Shown: positions 38,901-52,600 of the stretch, piece by piece
How the letters are laid out: every line of letters begins with the position of its first letter
Numbering within the stretch: position 1 is the stretch's first letter
NCBI RefSeq assembly: GCF_018977255.1
Contig: NW_024704742.1
Coordinates: forward strand, 66,900,001-66,964,000
Source of the DNA: Callorhinchus milii
Taxonomy: Eukaryota
Length of the DNA: 64,000 nt
Reading direction: 5' to 3'
The notes under the pieces: generated by a model
Database searches by the model: none
What the model was told of the DNA's origin: nothing
The model's input: the letters and a program-made list of their open reading frames with translations, nothing else
Made by a program: the position numbers and the translations under genes

Positions 38901-40025
38901 AAGCAAAATGGAAGCCCACAGTATTAAAGGGAAAGTGGATACAGAGCTGGCTGGGAGCCAGAAAGCAGAGAGTGGTGATGAACAGTTGTTTTTCTGATTG
39001 GAGAGAGCTGTGCAGTGGTGTCCCCTAGGGGTCAGTATTAAGACCACTGTTGATTTTAATATATATAAATGACCTGAACTTGGATATAGGGAGTAAAATT
39101 TCCAGGTTTGCATATTGCATATTTCCTAAGCTAGGAAAAGTAATAAATGATGAGGTGAATAGTAGCAGACTGTAAATGGATATAGACAGACTGGTAAAAT
39201 GGGCAGACATGTGGCCGATGAAGTTTAATGTGGAGAAATACAAAGTGATGTATTTTGGGAGGACAAATGAGGAGAGGCAATATAAGCTGATGGTACAATC
39301 TTAAAGGGGGTGAAGAAACAGACACCTGGGGGTTCATATCAGTAAATCTTTGAAGGTAGCAGGACAGGTAGATAAAGCTGTTTTTTTTTAAAAAAGCATG
39401 CAGGATACTAGGTTTTATAAATAGGGGAATAGAATACAAAAGTCAGGAGGTTAATGATGAACCTTTATAAAACACTGGTAGAGTACTGTGTTCAGTTCTG
39501 GGCACCGCACTTTAGGAAGGATGCCAAGGCATTGGAGAGGGTGCAAAGGAGATTTACCAGAACGGTACCAAGAATGAGGGACGTCAGTTATGAGAAGAGG
39601 TTAGAGAAGCTAGGATTATTCTCCTTGGAGCAGAGAAGGTTAAGAGGAGACTTAATAGAAGCTTTTAAAATTATGAAGGGATTTGATAGGGTGAAAAAGG
39701 AGAAACTATTTCCACTGGCGGGTGGGTTGGTAACCTGAGGACACAAATTTAAAATAATTTTAAAAAGAAACAAGAGGGGAGGTGAGGAGAATTTTTTTTC
39801 ACACAGCGAGTTGTTCGGATCTGGAATGCGTTGTCTGAAATAGTGGTGGAAGCTGATTCGATAATAACTTTTAAGGGAGAAGCAGACAATTGTTTGGGGA
39901 GGACAAGTTTGCAGGGCTATGGGGAGAGAGCAGGGAAGTGGGATTGAATTGGATAGCTCTTTTCAAAGAGCCGGCACAGACACAATGGGCTGAATGGCCT
40001 CCTTCTATGCTGTAAAATTCTATGA
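35950..40025 (+). mobile_element. Near-full-length degenerate CR1 LINE (5' UTR, ORF1 zinc finger/SGNH esterase, ORF2 APE endonuclease + RT, 3' tail)
   Basis: ORF1 remnants VIGDTMMK..RMVCCLPSARVEDI and DGLHLN. ORF2 remnants NAWSVTNKIGEL..DIVATTETWL, YRPSNS, EDFNYPNI, LDLVL, KSPGLDGMHP, NYRPVSLTSVVGK, QHGFVKGKSCLTNL, YMDFQKAFDKV and EYCVQFWAPH..LERVQRRFT. Tail GGGCTGAATGGCCTCCTTCTATG. Many stops and frameshifts. Confidence 0.95.
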
Positions 40026-40810
40026 AAACAGTGAATCAGAATAATCCTGAGGCTGATATTTTCTGTTTATCTTTTGCCCTTTATAGAGTATTTGATTTCC
40101 AAAATCGAACAATTGAGGCATTTCCATTAACTTCCTATTAGTGGGAGTAATCCTATCTTCTTTCCAAGACCCCAAGCCATCTTACGGGAAATTATGTTGT
40201 GCTCTGATTCCCCTCATCATACAATATTCAGTTTCTACCACATGCAGGCTCATAAAAATCATAACAATATCCTTGCATTTTGGTATAGCCTTATGTTGTT
40301 GAGATGTCTCGAAATGCTTCTCAGGAATTCCTGTAAAGTGAAGAAACTATGTACTTGTAGGTAAACACGGCATCCGACTTGCACACAGCAATGGCCCGTA
40401 AACAGCATGAAATAATTTACCAATTTTATATGGGGGATTGTTGGCCAGGAAACTGGAAGAAAGTCTCTTCTTTTCGAGTAGTGTCATGGGATCTTTAATG
40501 CCCTCCTGAAAAGGCAGATGGGGGGCCTTGATTTAAGTCTGATCTGAAAGATGGCACCTCTGGCAATGCAGCACACCCCCAGCACTGGAGTGTCAGCAGA
40601 GGCTGAGTTTGAATGGCAAGCTGATTTTGACAAAAAAAAATCCCCCCCCCCCCCCACACCATGGCTGCAGTAATACCTACTAGAGCCAAGCAGAAAGAAA
40701 ATGGCCACTGGAAAGCTGGCAGAAAAATAGTCCAAGTTTGAACTCGCTTGTAAATAATGCCAAGTGAAGTTCACTGGAAATGAGTACACAGGGCTTCCTC
40801 CAGTTCTTAC

Positions 40811-41179
40811 ATAATAATAATCTTTGCATTTGATATACCATCTTATCACATCTTTGAGATGTCTCAAAGCAATTCACAAAATATACTGTAAAGTGAATTG
40901 ACTGTATATTTTGAGGGCGAAATGCGGCAGCCAACTGTGCACAGCAGTGTCCACCAACAGTTGTGGATTGAGTGACCAATTTATTATATTTTTTGAAGGA
41001 TTTATTACCCCCTGGAAAAGTGATCCGCCAATCGACTAACAACCAGGTTCCGACTTATTGCTAGGTAAACCAAATCATGTGAAGCACGGAAACTTGTTCA
41101 ACATTTCGCCCTGCTGTGAATCAAACCCAGGTCTCTCGCTTGCGAGGCGAGTGCTCTAACCACTGAGCTGCAGGACTCC
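40811..41179 (-). mobile_element. SINE family A, full length
   Basis: Head at 41115-41179, tail at 40811-40900. Confidence 0.88.
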
Positions 41180-42377
41180 ACTGGGTGGAAAAGAGCAGTT
41201 ATATGTCAAAAGATTGAGTTGTCTGGACTAGTTTTGTGATAACCGGCTTCTGTTGTATTGTTGAAGCTTTTGACCTCTGACTGGTGGAGGTATTGTTTAA
41301 TGGTTAGAGCATTTGTGCTGTTGTAGTCTAGTCAATGGTGGAAATGCATTCCTGCTGATTAACTGCAACTGTGCCACTCAGTGTACTGCTCGTGGAGTTC
41401 CTGGTAGTGGGTATCTGTCTCGCAAGAAGTCAAACCTATATGGGGGTAAGTAAGTGTCGCCTTTCTGATGTTCAGCTGGCCTCACGGTGACACACCTGGC
41501 AAATGAAGAGTGACACTGAGTGAATTCTTTGGACTGCTCCGACACTGACAATGATTTACTAGCCTGTCTGGATCATCAACAAGTAAAGTCCTTGGGGGAT
41601 GGGGGTTTTCCCCCTCAGCTCCTGATAACCTGCAAACTGTCCCATTACCTCAATGCACACTTCAGGGTTTCTAATGCAGTGAAACCTGTTCAAGCAACCA
41701 CCTCTGTTAACAACCACCCTGAAAAAGCCCCTTCAGTGTGTGTTCACACACCAAGAAACTCATGCTCGGAGGCCAACCTTACATAAAAGCCACTTTGGAG
41801 CAGTCCCCAGAGAGGTTGTTGAAGACAGTTTTGACTGTGGCTTGGCTTCAGCCAATTCACACATGTTCTCTAAGCTTAAACCAAGAGTTTGCGGGAAGGA
41901 TTGCTAGTTTAGAAATATACAAACAGAAACTCTGCTTCTGTGAGTTCTCTGTAGCTGGAAGTGGAGAGTCTTAAACATGTCAAGTGTTTTGCACTCATAG
42001 ATGATAAAAAAAGAAAAGGTAATGTAGTCTAAACTATTGCAATAGATTTTTAACAAGATGGGAAAAGTGTGATGCAGTTTGTTATGAATATTTGACACAG
42101 TACAGAGCAAATTATCTCGCCACCTTTTGGTTATTATCAGTGTGGTGACTAAATTTGCAGTAAAAATAGATTGTGTTAATAGCAGTAATAAATTAGCAAT
42201 ATATTGTATTAAATATTTTTAACAAAATCAATATAGCACAGCAGGATTGTGCAGAAGACAATTTGGTTTCTGCAGCTTCTCAGTCTGCAAAGACTGCCAG
42301 TGATTGATCCAATCTAAACCAGCAGATGTCAGCTTGATACAACACCGCATCAAATAACCATCACAAACCTGAGAGGG

Positions 42378-42413
<36 letters not shown>

Positions 42414-42476
42414 CTAATGTACACCGCGCTATACATTAATAATGTACCAAATAAAATAGATTTTTTTTCTTTGCAG

Positions 42477-42607
42477 GTGAGGAACAGCTAAACTCTCAAC
42501 AGCTCAGTAATCCATATCGATTAGATTTGTGTGTTTTTCTCAAGTTGTGCAGCTAGACAGTTCGGTGAAGACCTTTGAACCCCTCCTCGTTCCTGCCTTC
42601 ATCTGTC
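42477..42607 (+). other. CTBP1: 5' UTR part of the CTBP1 first coding exon
   Basis: Strong acceptor ttttttttctttgcag| ending at 42476; no ATG before 42608. Confidence 0.8.
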
Positions 42608-42656
42608 ATGGAAAAACATAAAGTAAAGCGACAGCGCCTTGATCGGATGTTGGAAG
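42608..42656 (+). CDS. CTBP1: C-terminal binding protein first coding segment, MEKHKVKRQRLDRMLE(G), phase-1 donor
   Basis: Kozak context gtcATGG; upstream in-frame TAG at 42554-42556; donor GAAG|gtttga. The peptide matches the CtBP N-terminal KHKVKRQRLDR motif. Paralog assignment rests on the head-to-head position with MAEA, as at human 4p16.3. Confidence 0.85.
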
Positions 42657-44859
42657 GTTTGAAGCACCTGTGGTCAAAATGATTGTTACAATTTTATAGT
42701 CACCTATGATTTTTTTGCAGGCTTGTATTTTTTTGAAAGATACATGCTCGAGACGGGTGTTGTTATTATTAATTATTATTGTTATTCTAGTTCAGCCAGC
42801 TAGTACTTGTTTTCATCAAATATATTGCGTAGAAACATGTGCAAATTAATAGAAATACAGTGTTTAAATTTAAATGGTTAAAAAGCAAGAATTATTTTAG
42901 TACTGTTATAGTAAAACACACTCTATATATTTAATTGTGGAATATTTTTTCCAAATTGATATCTTCTTTCCAGGCTGAAACTGCAACTGGAATTTTTGAT
43001 TATCCAAAACACTATGTAGCCAATTATTATTGTCAGTGGAGCGGTTCTGATTCTTGAACATGTCTGGTTAATAGTTTCGTTTCAAGTCTACACAGAATCC
43101 CAATGCACTCGTGATTTCTATCTCATGGTATTTGGCCAGCAATTTTTCAGAAATGGAGTAATTTATACTGTTTGTGTTTTCTTAACGCGCTGTCAGGTGT
43201 GCTGTTTTTGAGATGGACTGTGATGGTTGTGAGGCTGGCAGATGGCATTATAGAACTATCTTAGTTACAAAGCTTTGTCTGTCCTTCCTCTCTTACATCC
43301 AGAGTAATATTGTACAGCCTTCATCATCCTGCTTTCGTATTGCTCGATCAGCATACAATTTTATTCACTATTTTGAAAACTAAGAAATTGCTGGGGGTGG
43401 GCGAAAAAGGAGAATTCTGTCCATTCTTCAACTCAGGAATTGTTAAAAACTAGTTTTGCCCTTGAGAAAAAGTGAAAATGGCAACATTGGATTGTAGCAA
43501 TTGAGGCAGTCTATTCTGGAATCTATCGGGACCGTGAAAAATCATCAAGGATGCTTATTTCATTATTGCTATTCTACCTTGTCAGCGACTGATCCGGAGG
43601 ATATATTTTCTTGGTTAGAGCTCCCTACACCTCAGAATGTTTACTAAGATTCTATCTTTTCTCGTAGCTCATTTTAAGCTGCAACTCCCAAATATCTCCC
43701 CTTATCTAGATGATTGTCTTGTACACAAATGTAATTTCACTTGACTTAATTGAGGTGAAGTGCACTTGATTAAGTCTGAAGTAAGTATCTTGGAAAGATC
43801 TTGTGGAAAAAATATAAGGAATGTACACTTTCAAACACAATGGTCAAATGTACAGGAACCAAATCTGGTTTATTATCATCACTTACTGCAGAGACTGAAG
43901 AAACATTCAGTTTGCAGAAACGTCAAATCCTTAAGACGTGAAATACTGCTGTTTCACCCCACCTTAAAGTCAAGTTCATTCATATATTAAGGCAGGAAAA
44001 GCATGGAAACTTTTAATTTCATTTTGAAAATGCACTCATAACGTACTGAATGTCTGAGAAATTATAAATAGAAGACCGCTTCAGATAATTTTGGCATGAG
44101 ATATGTACTTTGCGAAGCTCTTAATAATATGCGTCAGAATGACCGTAATGTGCTTGGTTCCTGTCGATGCAGCAGCGCAGAAATTACTGTACATTATCTT
44201 AAATGGAGCCTGGGGCAACATGTGAAATGATGTGTTGAAGAGACTACGCATTTTAAAAAGCTACTGTATTTCAAAATATAACAATTGTTTTGATGTCGAT
44301 TTTGCAGCAATGTCACATCATTAAGTATTTTGTCACATTCTAAATTGCATAAGCATTGCATAATTTACGGTTGTCAATCAAATATCATGCAGTAGCCCTG
44401 ATGTGGAGATTGACATTGAATGCCATCTTGAAATAAAATGTGGCAGTTCAACTAATGTTTTTCATTTTTTTTGTGTTTCTAAAGCTGTTTAGGAAGGGGT
44501 GCAAAGACTTGTTTAACATATAGTTTGCACTCTAAGACATGGAATAGAAATTCTTATGCAAACTTCAGTAATTTCCATCATTCCTGCACATTGGGCTAGA
44601 ATTCATTATTAATTGTACGTCAATCCATTCTAAGGTTTTGTCACCCACAGGTTCTTGTCTTAAGGAGCATCTCCTTTATGCAGTACTAGATTCCATGCAC
44701 TCATTTGCTTTTTGGGGCTTTCTTCTATATTCCTGACAATATCCCACCCTCCCGAGCACCCACCTCCAACTCCAACTCAGGTGCAAACCTTAGACTGTCC
44801 AGCATCTTGGAAAGTCCTGGTGACATGAAAGGCAATATTTAAATGTAAATTTGTGCTGT

Positions 44860-46668
44860 CAACCCCCCACCCCCTCACTCCCACACTCCGACTGCTACCC
44901 ATCCTCCGCTACTCGCTTTTGTACCCGTTTCCCCACCCTCTGTCACGAAACTCATCCTATCCCTAAAACCAACCACCTGCTCCCTTGACCCCATCCCCAC
45001 TCCACTCCTTATCTCCCAGCTCCACTTTCTTGCCCCACATATCACTGACATCATCAACCTGTCCCTCTCCTCTGGCTCTGTCCCCATTCCCTTAAAAACT
45101 GCCACCATCACGCCCACCCTGAAAAAACCCTCCCTTGATGCGTCGCAGCTATCAAGCTACCGGCCCATCTCCAACCTCCCCTTTCTCTCCAAGGTCCTGG
45201 AAAGAGTTGTCGCCTCCCAACTGCGCTCTTTCCTTTCCACCCATTCTCTTTTCGAACCCCTTCAGTCAGGTTTCCGTGCTGCCCATAGCACAGAAACTGC
45301 CCTGGTCAAGGTCACCAATGATATCCTGACCATCTGTGACCAGGGCTCCCTCTGCCTCCTCGTCCTCCTCGACCTATCGGCAGCATTTGATACGGTCGAC
45401 CACGCTATCCTACTCCACCGCTTGTCCTCCCACCTCAACCTTCAAGGCACTGTCCTTGAGTGGTTTAGGTCGTACCTTTCTCACCGTCTTCACTTTGTCT
45501 CGACGAATGGCTTCTCCTCCACCCCCCGTACTGTCTCATGTGGAGTCCCTCAGGGCTCTGTCCTCGGTCCCCTCCTCTTCACCCTCTATATGCTCCCCCT
45601 TGGTGACATCATCCGCAGACATGGAGTTAACTTCCACATGTATGCGGATGACACCCAACTCTACCTTTCCTCCTCTACTCTCAACTCCACGACCACCGAT
45701 GTCCTGACAGCCTGCCTGTCCGACATCGAGTCCTGGACGAGAGACAACTTTCTTCAGCTCAACGTGCGAAAAACCGAGGCCCTCCTGATTGGCTCACGTC
45801 AGCGCCTCCGCACCTCAGGCGTCGACACCATCAGCATCCAAGGCTGCACTCTCCACCTCTCAAAGCCAGTCAGGAACCTCGGCGTTTTGTTCGACCCTGA
45901 GCTGTCCTTTCTCCCTCACATCCGCACCACAACTGGCACCGCCTTCCATCACCTCCGGAACATCGCCAGACTACGCCATTACCTCACCCCTCACGCTGCT
46001 GAAACCCTGGTCCACGCCTTTGTCACCTCAAGGCTGGACTATGGGAACTCTCTCCTCGCCGGCCTTCCCGCCACCTCCCTCCACAAGCTGCAGGTCATTC
46101 AGAACTCTGCAGCTCGTGTACTGTCCCGCACCAGGACCACATCACTCCCACCCTCGCTCGCCTCCACTGGCTCCCCATCCCCCAGAGGATCGAATTCAAG
46201 ATCCTCATCCTCACCTACAAGGCCATTCACGGCCTCGCTCCCTCCTACCTCTCCAACCTACTATCCCCCTACCTACCTGCCCGTACCCTCCGTTCCTCCG
46301 GCTCCGGTCTGCTCCACATCCCCCGCCCCAATCGCCCTACCATTGGTGGTCGGGCCTTCAGCCCCGAGGCTCTGGAACTCTATCCCCCAGTGCCTTCGCC
46401 GCTTCCTCCCTCTCCTCCTTCAAGGCCGGTCTCAAAACCTTTCTCTTTGACCGAGCCTTCAGCTCCCCTCTCGACTCTCTTCCCCCTTCTCGCTCCCTCC
46501 CATCCCTCCCCTCACCCTGACCATTTCCCCCTCCTCGCTCCCTCCCTTCCCTCCCGTCACCCTGACCATTTCCCCCCTGCTCGGGTCATGACCCAACTGT
46601 GCAGCGCCTTGGGACGTCCTCCTGACGTGAAAGGCGCTTTATAAATGGAATCTTGTTGTTGTTGTTGT
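44860..46668 (+). mobile_element. Young 5'-truncated L2 (LINE2) with an intact RT domain
   Basis: One frame is open from about 44870 to 46135: [66 protein letters not shown] small deletion at about 46135 shifts the frame. 3' stem-loop tail followed by (TTG)n. Confidence 0.96.
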
Positions 46669-49600
46669 AATTATATGGCATATGAGAATAGACACTGGCT
46701 TCTGTCAATTGAAACCCGTTCATCCTTGTCTTGATGAATCATCACATCATTGGACAGCTCTCTCAATGGCAAGCTATGCAGGTTACCTGGTTAAATTCCA
46801 TCACACACTCTGGAGTCCCTAAGCTTTGGCTTTCACAAAACAGTGGCTAATAATCACTGAAATTTGCTGGGCATCCAATCTAATATTGTTATCTTGTGAA
46901 TTCCAATGGATGCAGCCTCTGTGAACCTTTGTGGAAAGGGACAAGACCATTTATGCACAAGTTCCCATGATTTCCTTGAGATTGCTATGTCTTCAGTGTC
47001 AATGTCAGGATGGAAATAATCCAGTTCTCTGCATTTAGCTCATTCAATATCATCCAGATACGTATATCTGTGAATTTTCTTCTAACTGGTTGAGATGTGT
47101 TGACCGGTCTTGCAAATCAAAATGTCGAGGAAATAATGGTGTGCTTTGCATTGTAAGAGGTCAATACTATATATGGTACACAATTTAAATGATGGTGTTG
47201 CCTTTGCACTGATTCATGATATTTCTTTTTGAGTCTGTTTATTCAGATTGTAATTCTGTTTGTGTACACGATATGAACCTGGAATTCCTTGTACCTTACA
47301 ATTGAGCATTACTAAACGTTTTTTTTCACTTAACCACGCTGACCTTACACGGAAGACAAAACTGCTGTATTCAAGTGACCTTTTTCATTCCAAAAATGGA
47401 ACGTGGAGAAATAGCTTGTTAATTAAGCTCTTTTTTTCTTATTGTAGCCATAAATTTATCAGTTATCCTTGAGTGTTTTGTACAGGAAATGCTACATTAC
47501 ACAGGACAATTAGTCAGTTTGCCAAGTCGCATCATGACAGAAAATGCTAAAAGAACACTGACATTAACAATATGTCCAGTCATATCCTATGGAAAGAGAA
47601 GATTTTATAAGGCAGGCACTAATTTTCCCACCCTATTCCTGTGATTGCCTGAAAACCCTACTGACTTGCCGTTCCCTTTACTTAGCGTAAAATACTGCAT
47701 CCACGTCTCCCACCCTTTCCATTCCACCATCAGTGGATGAGCTTGCATCGATTCTGCCCCTGCTCTCTGCAACTCCGTCCTGGAACCCTCCGACTCGCCT
47801 CTTCCCTCTTTGCTTTCAAACTTGCCTCTTTGACCACGCTTTCAGTCTTACCCCACCCTCTGCAGCTCTTTCAACCCCCCCCCCCACCCACCACTATCCA
47901 CTGAAGGCATTTGCAAGGCCCCTACATTTTACCAAATGATGATACTAAATACTATCTGCTTAATCAGGTGTCAAATCCATATAGGTCTGATTGTGAAAAG
48001 GCATGTTGAGATCCCATTCCTTAGACCAGGAAAATCTGAAATTCCTTAAAGTATTCACTAGATCTCCTTGCGGCCCCTGACTGATTTAGGGCCCCATGAA
48101 ATTGCACAGGTTGCATGGCCCAACTGCTGCCAGCTATGTAAAGCACTTTGAGACGTCCTCCTGATGTGAAAGGTGTTGTATCAATGTAAACTGTGTTGAA
48201 ATTTGCACAAAACTAACCTTCACAAAGGAGGGACCGATTGTGCAATGAATGGTAAGGAGTTATATCTGCGTTCTATTTTTGAGTTCTGCCACAATCATTT
48301 TGTAACCTTGCATTAGATTGTGCTTTGGTCACACACAGGATTATTTGCTGCTGAACTGTTGGTGTAATTGATCTCTGTTGGTATGTACTTCATGTACATT
48401 ACTGCTGCTGTGTTTGGAATGTAATTGTGTAGTTTTTTTAATTAAAGTGCTTGGATTTATTGCAAGCTGGATGCATTGGAAGCCATTTTTAAATGTTTGA
48501 AATCTCCCAAAAGCGAATACAGTATACTGATTTAGTTTTGAATTGCCAGTGAACGTAAATGTGGGTAACAAAGCAAAACCAGGTTGTCCTGTTTTTGTAA
48601 TGATCTCTTCGCCATCACATGTTTCAGGATCATTGCAAGCTGCATACAAAATTGATGCCTCAGGGATACTTATTATATTATTTCTGCAATTGATTCTGTG
48701 TGTGAGCTATTAAATAGTCTTCCAAAATGTGTCTTGTCCAGCAAACTGTATTGAGACATTTGCACGATTCTAAAATGTATTTGCTGCCCCATATATCTGA
48801 ATGAGTGTCTTATCAATATGTATTTCCAGTCCTGCTGTGCTTATGATAAATCCCTCTCTTGTTCCCAGCTAAATATATCCTCAAATCTTGCTTATGCTTC
48901 GCTACATTTATTTCCCCTATGTTTCATCTATTTCCTCATCTGCTTCTGCATGGTCCTTTTTTTTTAGTCGGGAGTAAAATAATGAAATGGGAATTTGGCA
49001 TATCTCTGCATTTTTTTTCTCGCTACTCTTTGTACAACCCTGTTAGGCTTCGAGGAGTCCTAACTGCAAAGTTAGCCAAATGCTTTTTCATAGAATCTTA
49101 GTCCTTCTGCTGAAGGGGAATTTTTCACCTTTAAATAATTAGGCAGCAATTATGCTGCCTTTTTATTTTGTTTCCTCATTTCTTCAATATTATAATCCCT
49201 TGCATTTCTTATAGTACCTGATCACGTGTCTCAAAGCGCTGAACAGTATTTTACTGTGAAGTGTCATGCCCGTGTTTGTTGGCAAACGCAGCAGCCAATT
49301 TACAATGTTCCACAAACAACTATGAAGTGAATAACCAACTTTATCTGGAAGATTGTTAGGTAGGACACCAAAAGAAACTCCCTTTGTTTTTGTATTGTGC
49401 CACGGGATCTTTTAATGTCTACCTTAATGTGCAGAAAAGACATCTAACATCTAATCAGAAGGACGGCAACTCTGACAATGCAGCACTCTCCCCAGCACTG
49501 CATTGGAGTGTGAGCATCTTACACCTTTGCGACTGAAATGTTAGTAACCATGGAATTTTGTGCCTTTGATTCCTGTAGAACATCACTTTTGCGTTTGATG

Positions 49601-52600
49601 GTAGGAACTAACTTCATAGTTATGTTCAAAAATCTTATGAAGGGGATCACTGCCCTTGAACTTCATTTGCCAATTGTCTCATCTTCTCAAAAGGTGCTGT
49701 GATCTCAGCTGCTGAAGATAGATAAATTCTACGCCATTGATCTGAGCTGCTCGTCTTGAGTCAAACGTTGCAAAGATGGCAGCGTATCAGACACTTGTTT
49801 GTTAAAATTAATTCATATGTGAATCCAAGGCAAGTGGACAGTGGCAAAATCTACTTCACACGTTAGTAGATTCAAGGTTCAAGCTGAACACTTGATCTAC
49901 TTTCAAGGCACGTTGGTATGGATGATTGGCTGTGGCAGACAGCAATACAGGGGCAAAGGATAGAGTGTAAATCCCCATTGTGTTGTAGTTTTCAGGATCA
50001 TCTTAGACTCACATCCAAAGTCAAGCCAGTTGTTTAGGTGGGTCTTGGAGATGCCAGAGACTGCCCTGTTCTGTAGGTGGATTTAGTCGTACAAACGGAT
50101 AGGAGATTTGACCTAATTAACATACATATCTACTCTTTTTGTAATGCTAAACAGGGTATCAAACTGCTACATCTCTTTTCATCCTAGTATGCTTTCTTCT
50201 ATCTGGTAATTATCTCTGGTTACCATGGACACTAAAAGCAAAATGTCACTACCTCAACATTATACAGTACAGTTGTGTACCTAATAGTTTTCTGTATCCA
50301 TCTTACACATGATCTTTCTGGAATTTATTACCGGTTTTCTTCTACTCAGACTGTTTCTTCAGGTTAACATAACACAGAATTTGGATTTCCTGATCCTTTT
50401 TGCAAATATTTTGAAATTGAGGAAGCAAAAGCTTCATTTGTAAGTCTTCGATGAAGTTTCTCGTTCTGTAATACTTACACGTTTGCACACAGATTGTGTA
50501 TAATTTGTATGTTTTTACATCACAGTTGAATTTTTGTCAGTTGGAAAACATAAAATTCACAAAGTGCTTTTCTAATCTTGATTTTGAAAAGATAAACTCG
50601 TTGTTTTGGTCAGATAGATTTCTGGTGCATGCGGAATCCCATCTCAGTCCTTGAATATGCAAACTAGGCTCAGAGTTTCTTATATACACTGCACCTATGC
50701 ATGGAAATTTCTGTGTCTGTAATATAATGCGCATTCTCTCCCTGGAGGGACCCACCCTGGGTACTTAATTCAGGAGAGTTTTAAGCGCAGGTCGGTGAGA
50801 GGCAAGGTGCAGGGACCCCAGAGTGTGTGTTGATGAGTGAAGGAGTAAAAATTGCTTAACGTGGCATTATGAGCACAATCTGCCAAGTTTTCTGCTGCTT
50901 GTGCTGCCGGACCACCCTACCTATTAGAGCAACTATTTATTGAGAGAATGTTCACTGTGCTGGGATGGCAGCTTGGGCTATCTGCTCCTATATCGATACC
51001 AATGCCACTATTGGATGGCTAGAAAGAGGTACTATGTAAGAGAAACACAAGGGAGACTTTCCGGGTGATTTTCCTTCTTTTTGTGGCAGTTCACAGCAGC
51101 ATTGCTGAGTTAGAAAAATAAGGGAAATCGAATCTTACAACCCTCTGTTCCAAGGCAACAAGGGGTTTGGTATCTGATGTTTGCTTAACAGTGCCATAAT
51201 CATTATTTGAACCTCTAGCTCCTCTACTGGAGATCTGTAATCTTATCCCAATTCTGTGCTCTTTCTGTGATTCCTTTCATATTATACAAAACAATTGCTA
51301 AATATTGAGTTTATCCCCCCTACTGATTCACCAACCAGTGGGAACAATCTTATACAATTGGTCCCTTCAATAGCATTTCTTGTGATATGTAATCAATTAT
51401 CTTTCTAACCACTCGGGTGTCCCGGCCATACTGTATAAAGGTAATCTTTCAAACTTCATCTATTTCCTTAATGACCCGACATTTGATATTTGCTTCCCTT
51501 GACCTAGTTTAGCTGCAAGTTGTGGGATCAGACCTCACATCAGGAATGAGCTCAATGTCTTAGCTAACACTCCAATGCAGTGTTGGGGAAGCATTATATT
51601 ATCTGAGATACTGTCCTTCAGATGAGATGCTAAGTTGAGGTCCCATCTTCCTGTTCATATGGAAAGAAAAAGGAGTTTCTCCCGGTGTCCTCCAGATAAA
51701 ATTGCTCATTAATTTCATGGCTGTTTCATGGGCTATTGCTATGTGCATACTGGCTCCGGGTTCACTTACAAATACAATCATTCAATTTTATAAAAAATTC
51801 CCAAACGGCTTGATGTTTTGACGTCACAGGTGCTAAATCAAATGCAAATATTATCTCCATGGTGCCTACAGCATTGAAATTACCTTTTTCCAAAATGTCT
51901 TCTGCACATTTATGTACAAACATCACATTCCAGTTCTCTTTCTCCCTCCCCATTATATTTCCCTGGTCATATTATATTATAATAATAACAAACTTGCTCT
52001 CTGGGGTTTTTTTGAGGCAAGGGGACATTTCCGAATGCTTTCCTATATGACAAAAGTTATTTCATATGATTCAGAATGAGGACACCACCACAGCAACAAC
52101 GTGCATTTAAATAGTGTCCTTCACTTGGGGTAGTTTGTTGGTGAGCTCAACCATAGTGATTACTATTCTGACCCAGGTAAAGCTTGACTTCAAGTGAATA
52201 GTCCCCCCATCGGGCATATGATCTAAATGAAATAATTTCCTGTATTGTCAGCGCCTTGGTATGTCCTCCTGATGTGAAAGGCGCTTTACAAATGTAAATT
52301 GTTATTGTTGTCGTCATATTGTCAATGGTATATCAAAGACACTGTTAGCAATACTGCAGCTCACTCGATACGCTTCATACTCCAGATTTCTGCCTTCAAT
52401 TGAGAATTCTGCTCTTTGCTGTACTGTCTGAAAGCTGATATCATAGCCTCATATTCATTTTCTCTTGACCAAAAGTTTAGAGTCCATTTCATGCCAATGG
52501 TGACTGAACTTATTGATACTGCTCAGAATGAGTGTTATCCTGGTTTAGTTGGTAGCACTCTCACCTATGAGTCAGACATTCATGCTAAAAGTGTAGCCCC

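Noticed and set aside
38434..38997. 187-aa ORF as a host gene
   Set aside because: It is a fragment of CR1 ORF2 reverse transcriptase flanked by frameshifts.
44225..44402. C/D-box snoRNA candidate (ATGATG..CTGA)
   Set aside because: Imperfect C box, excessive length and no terminal stem.
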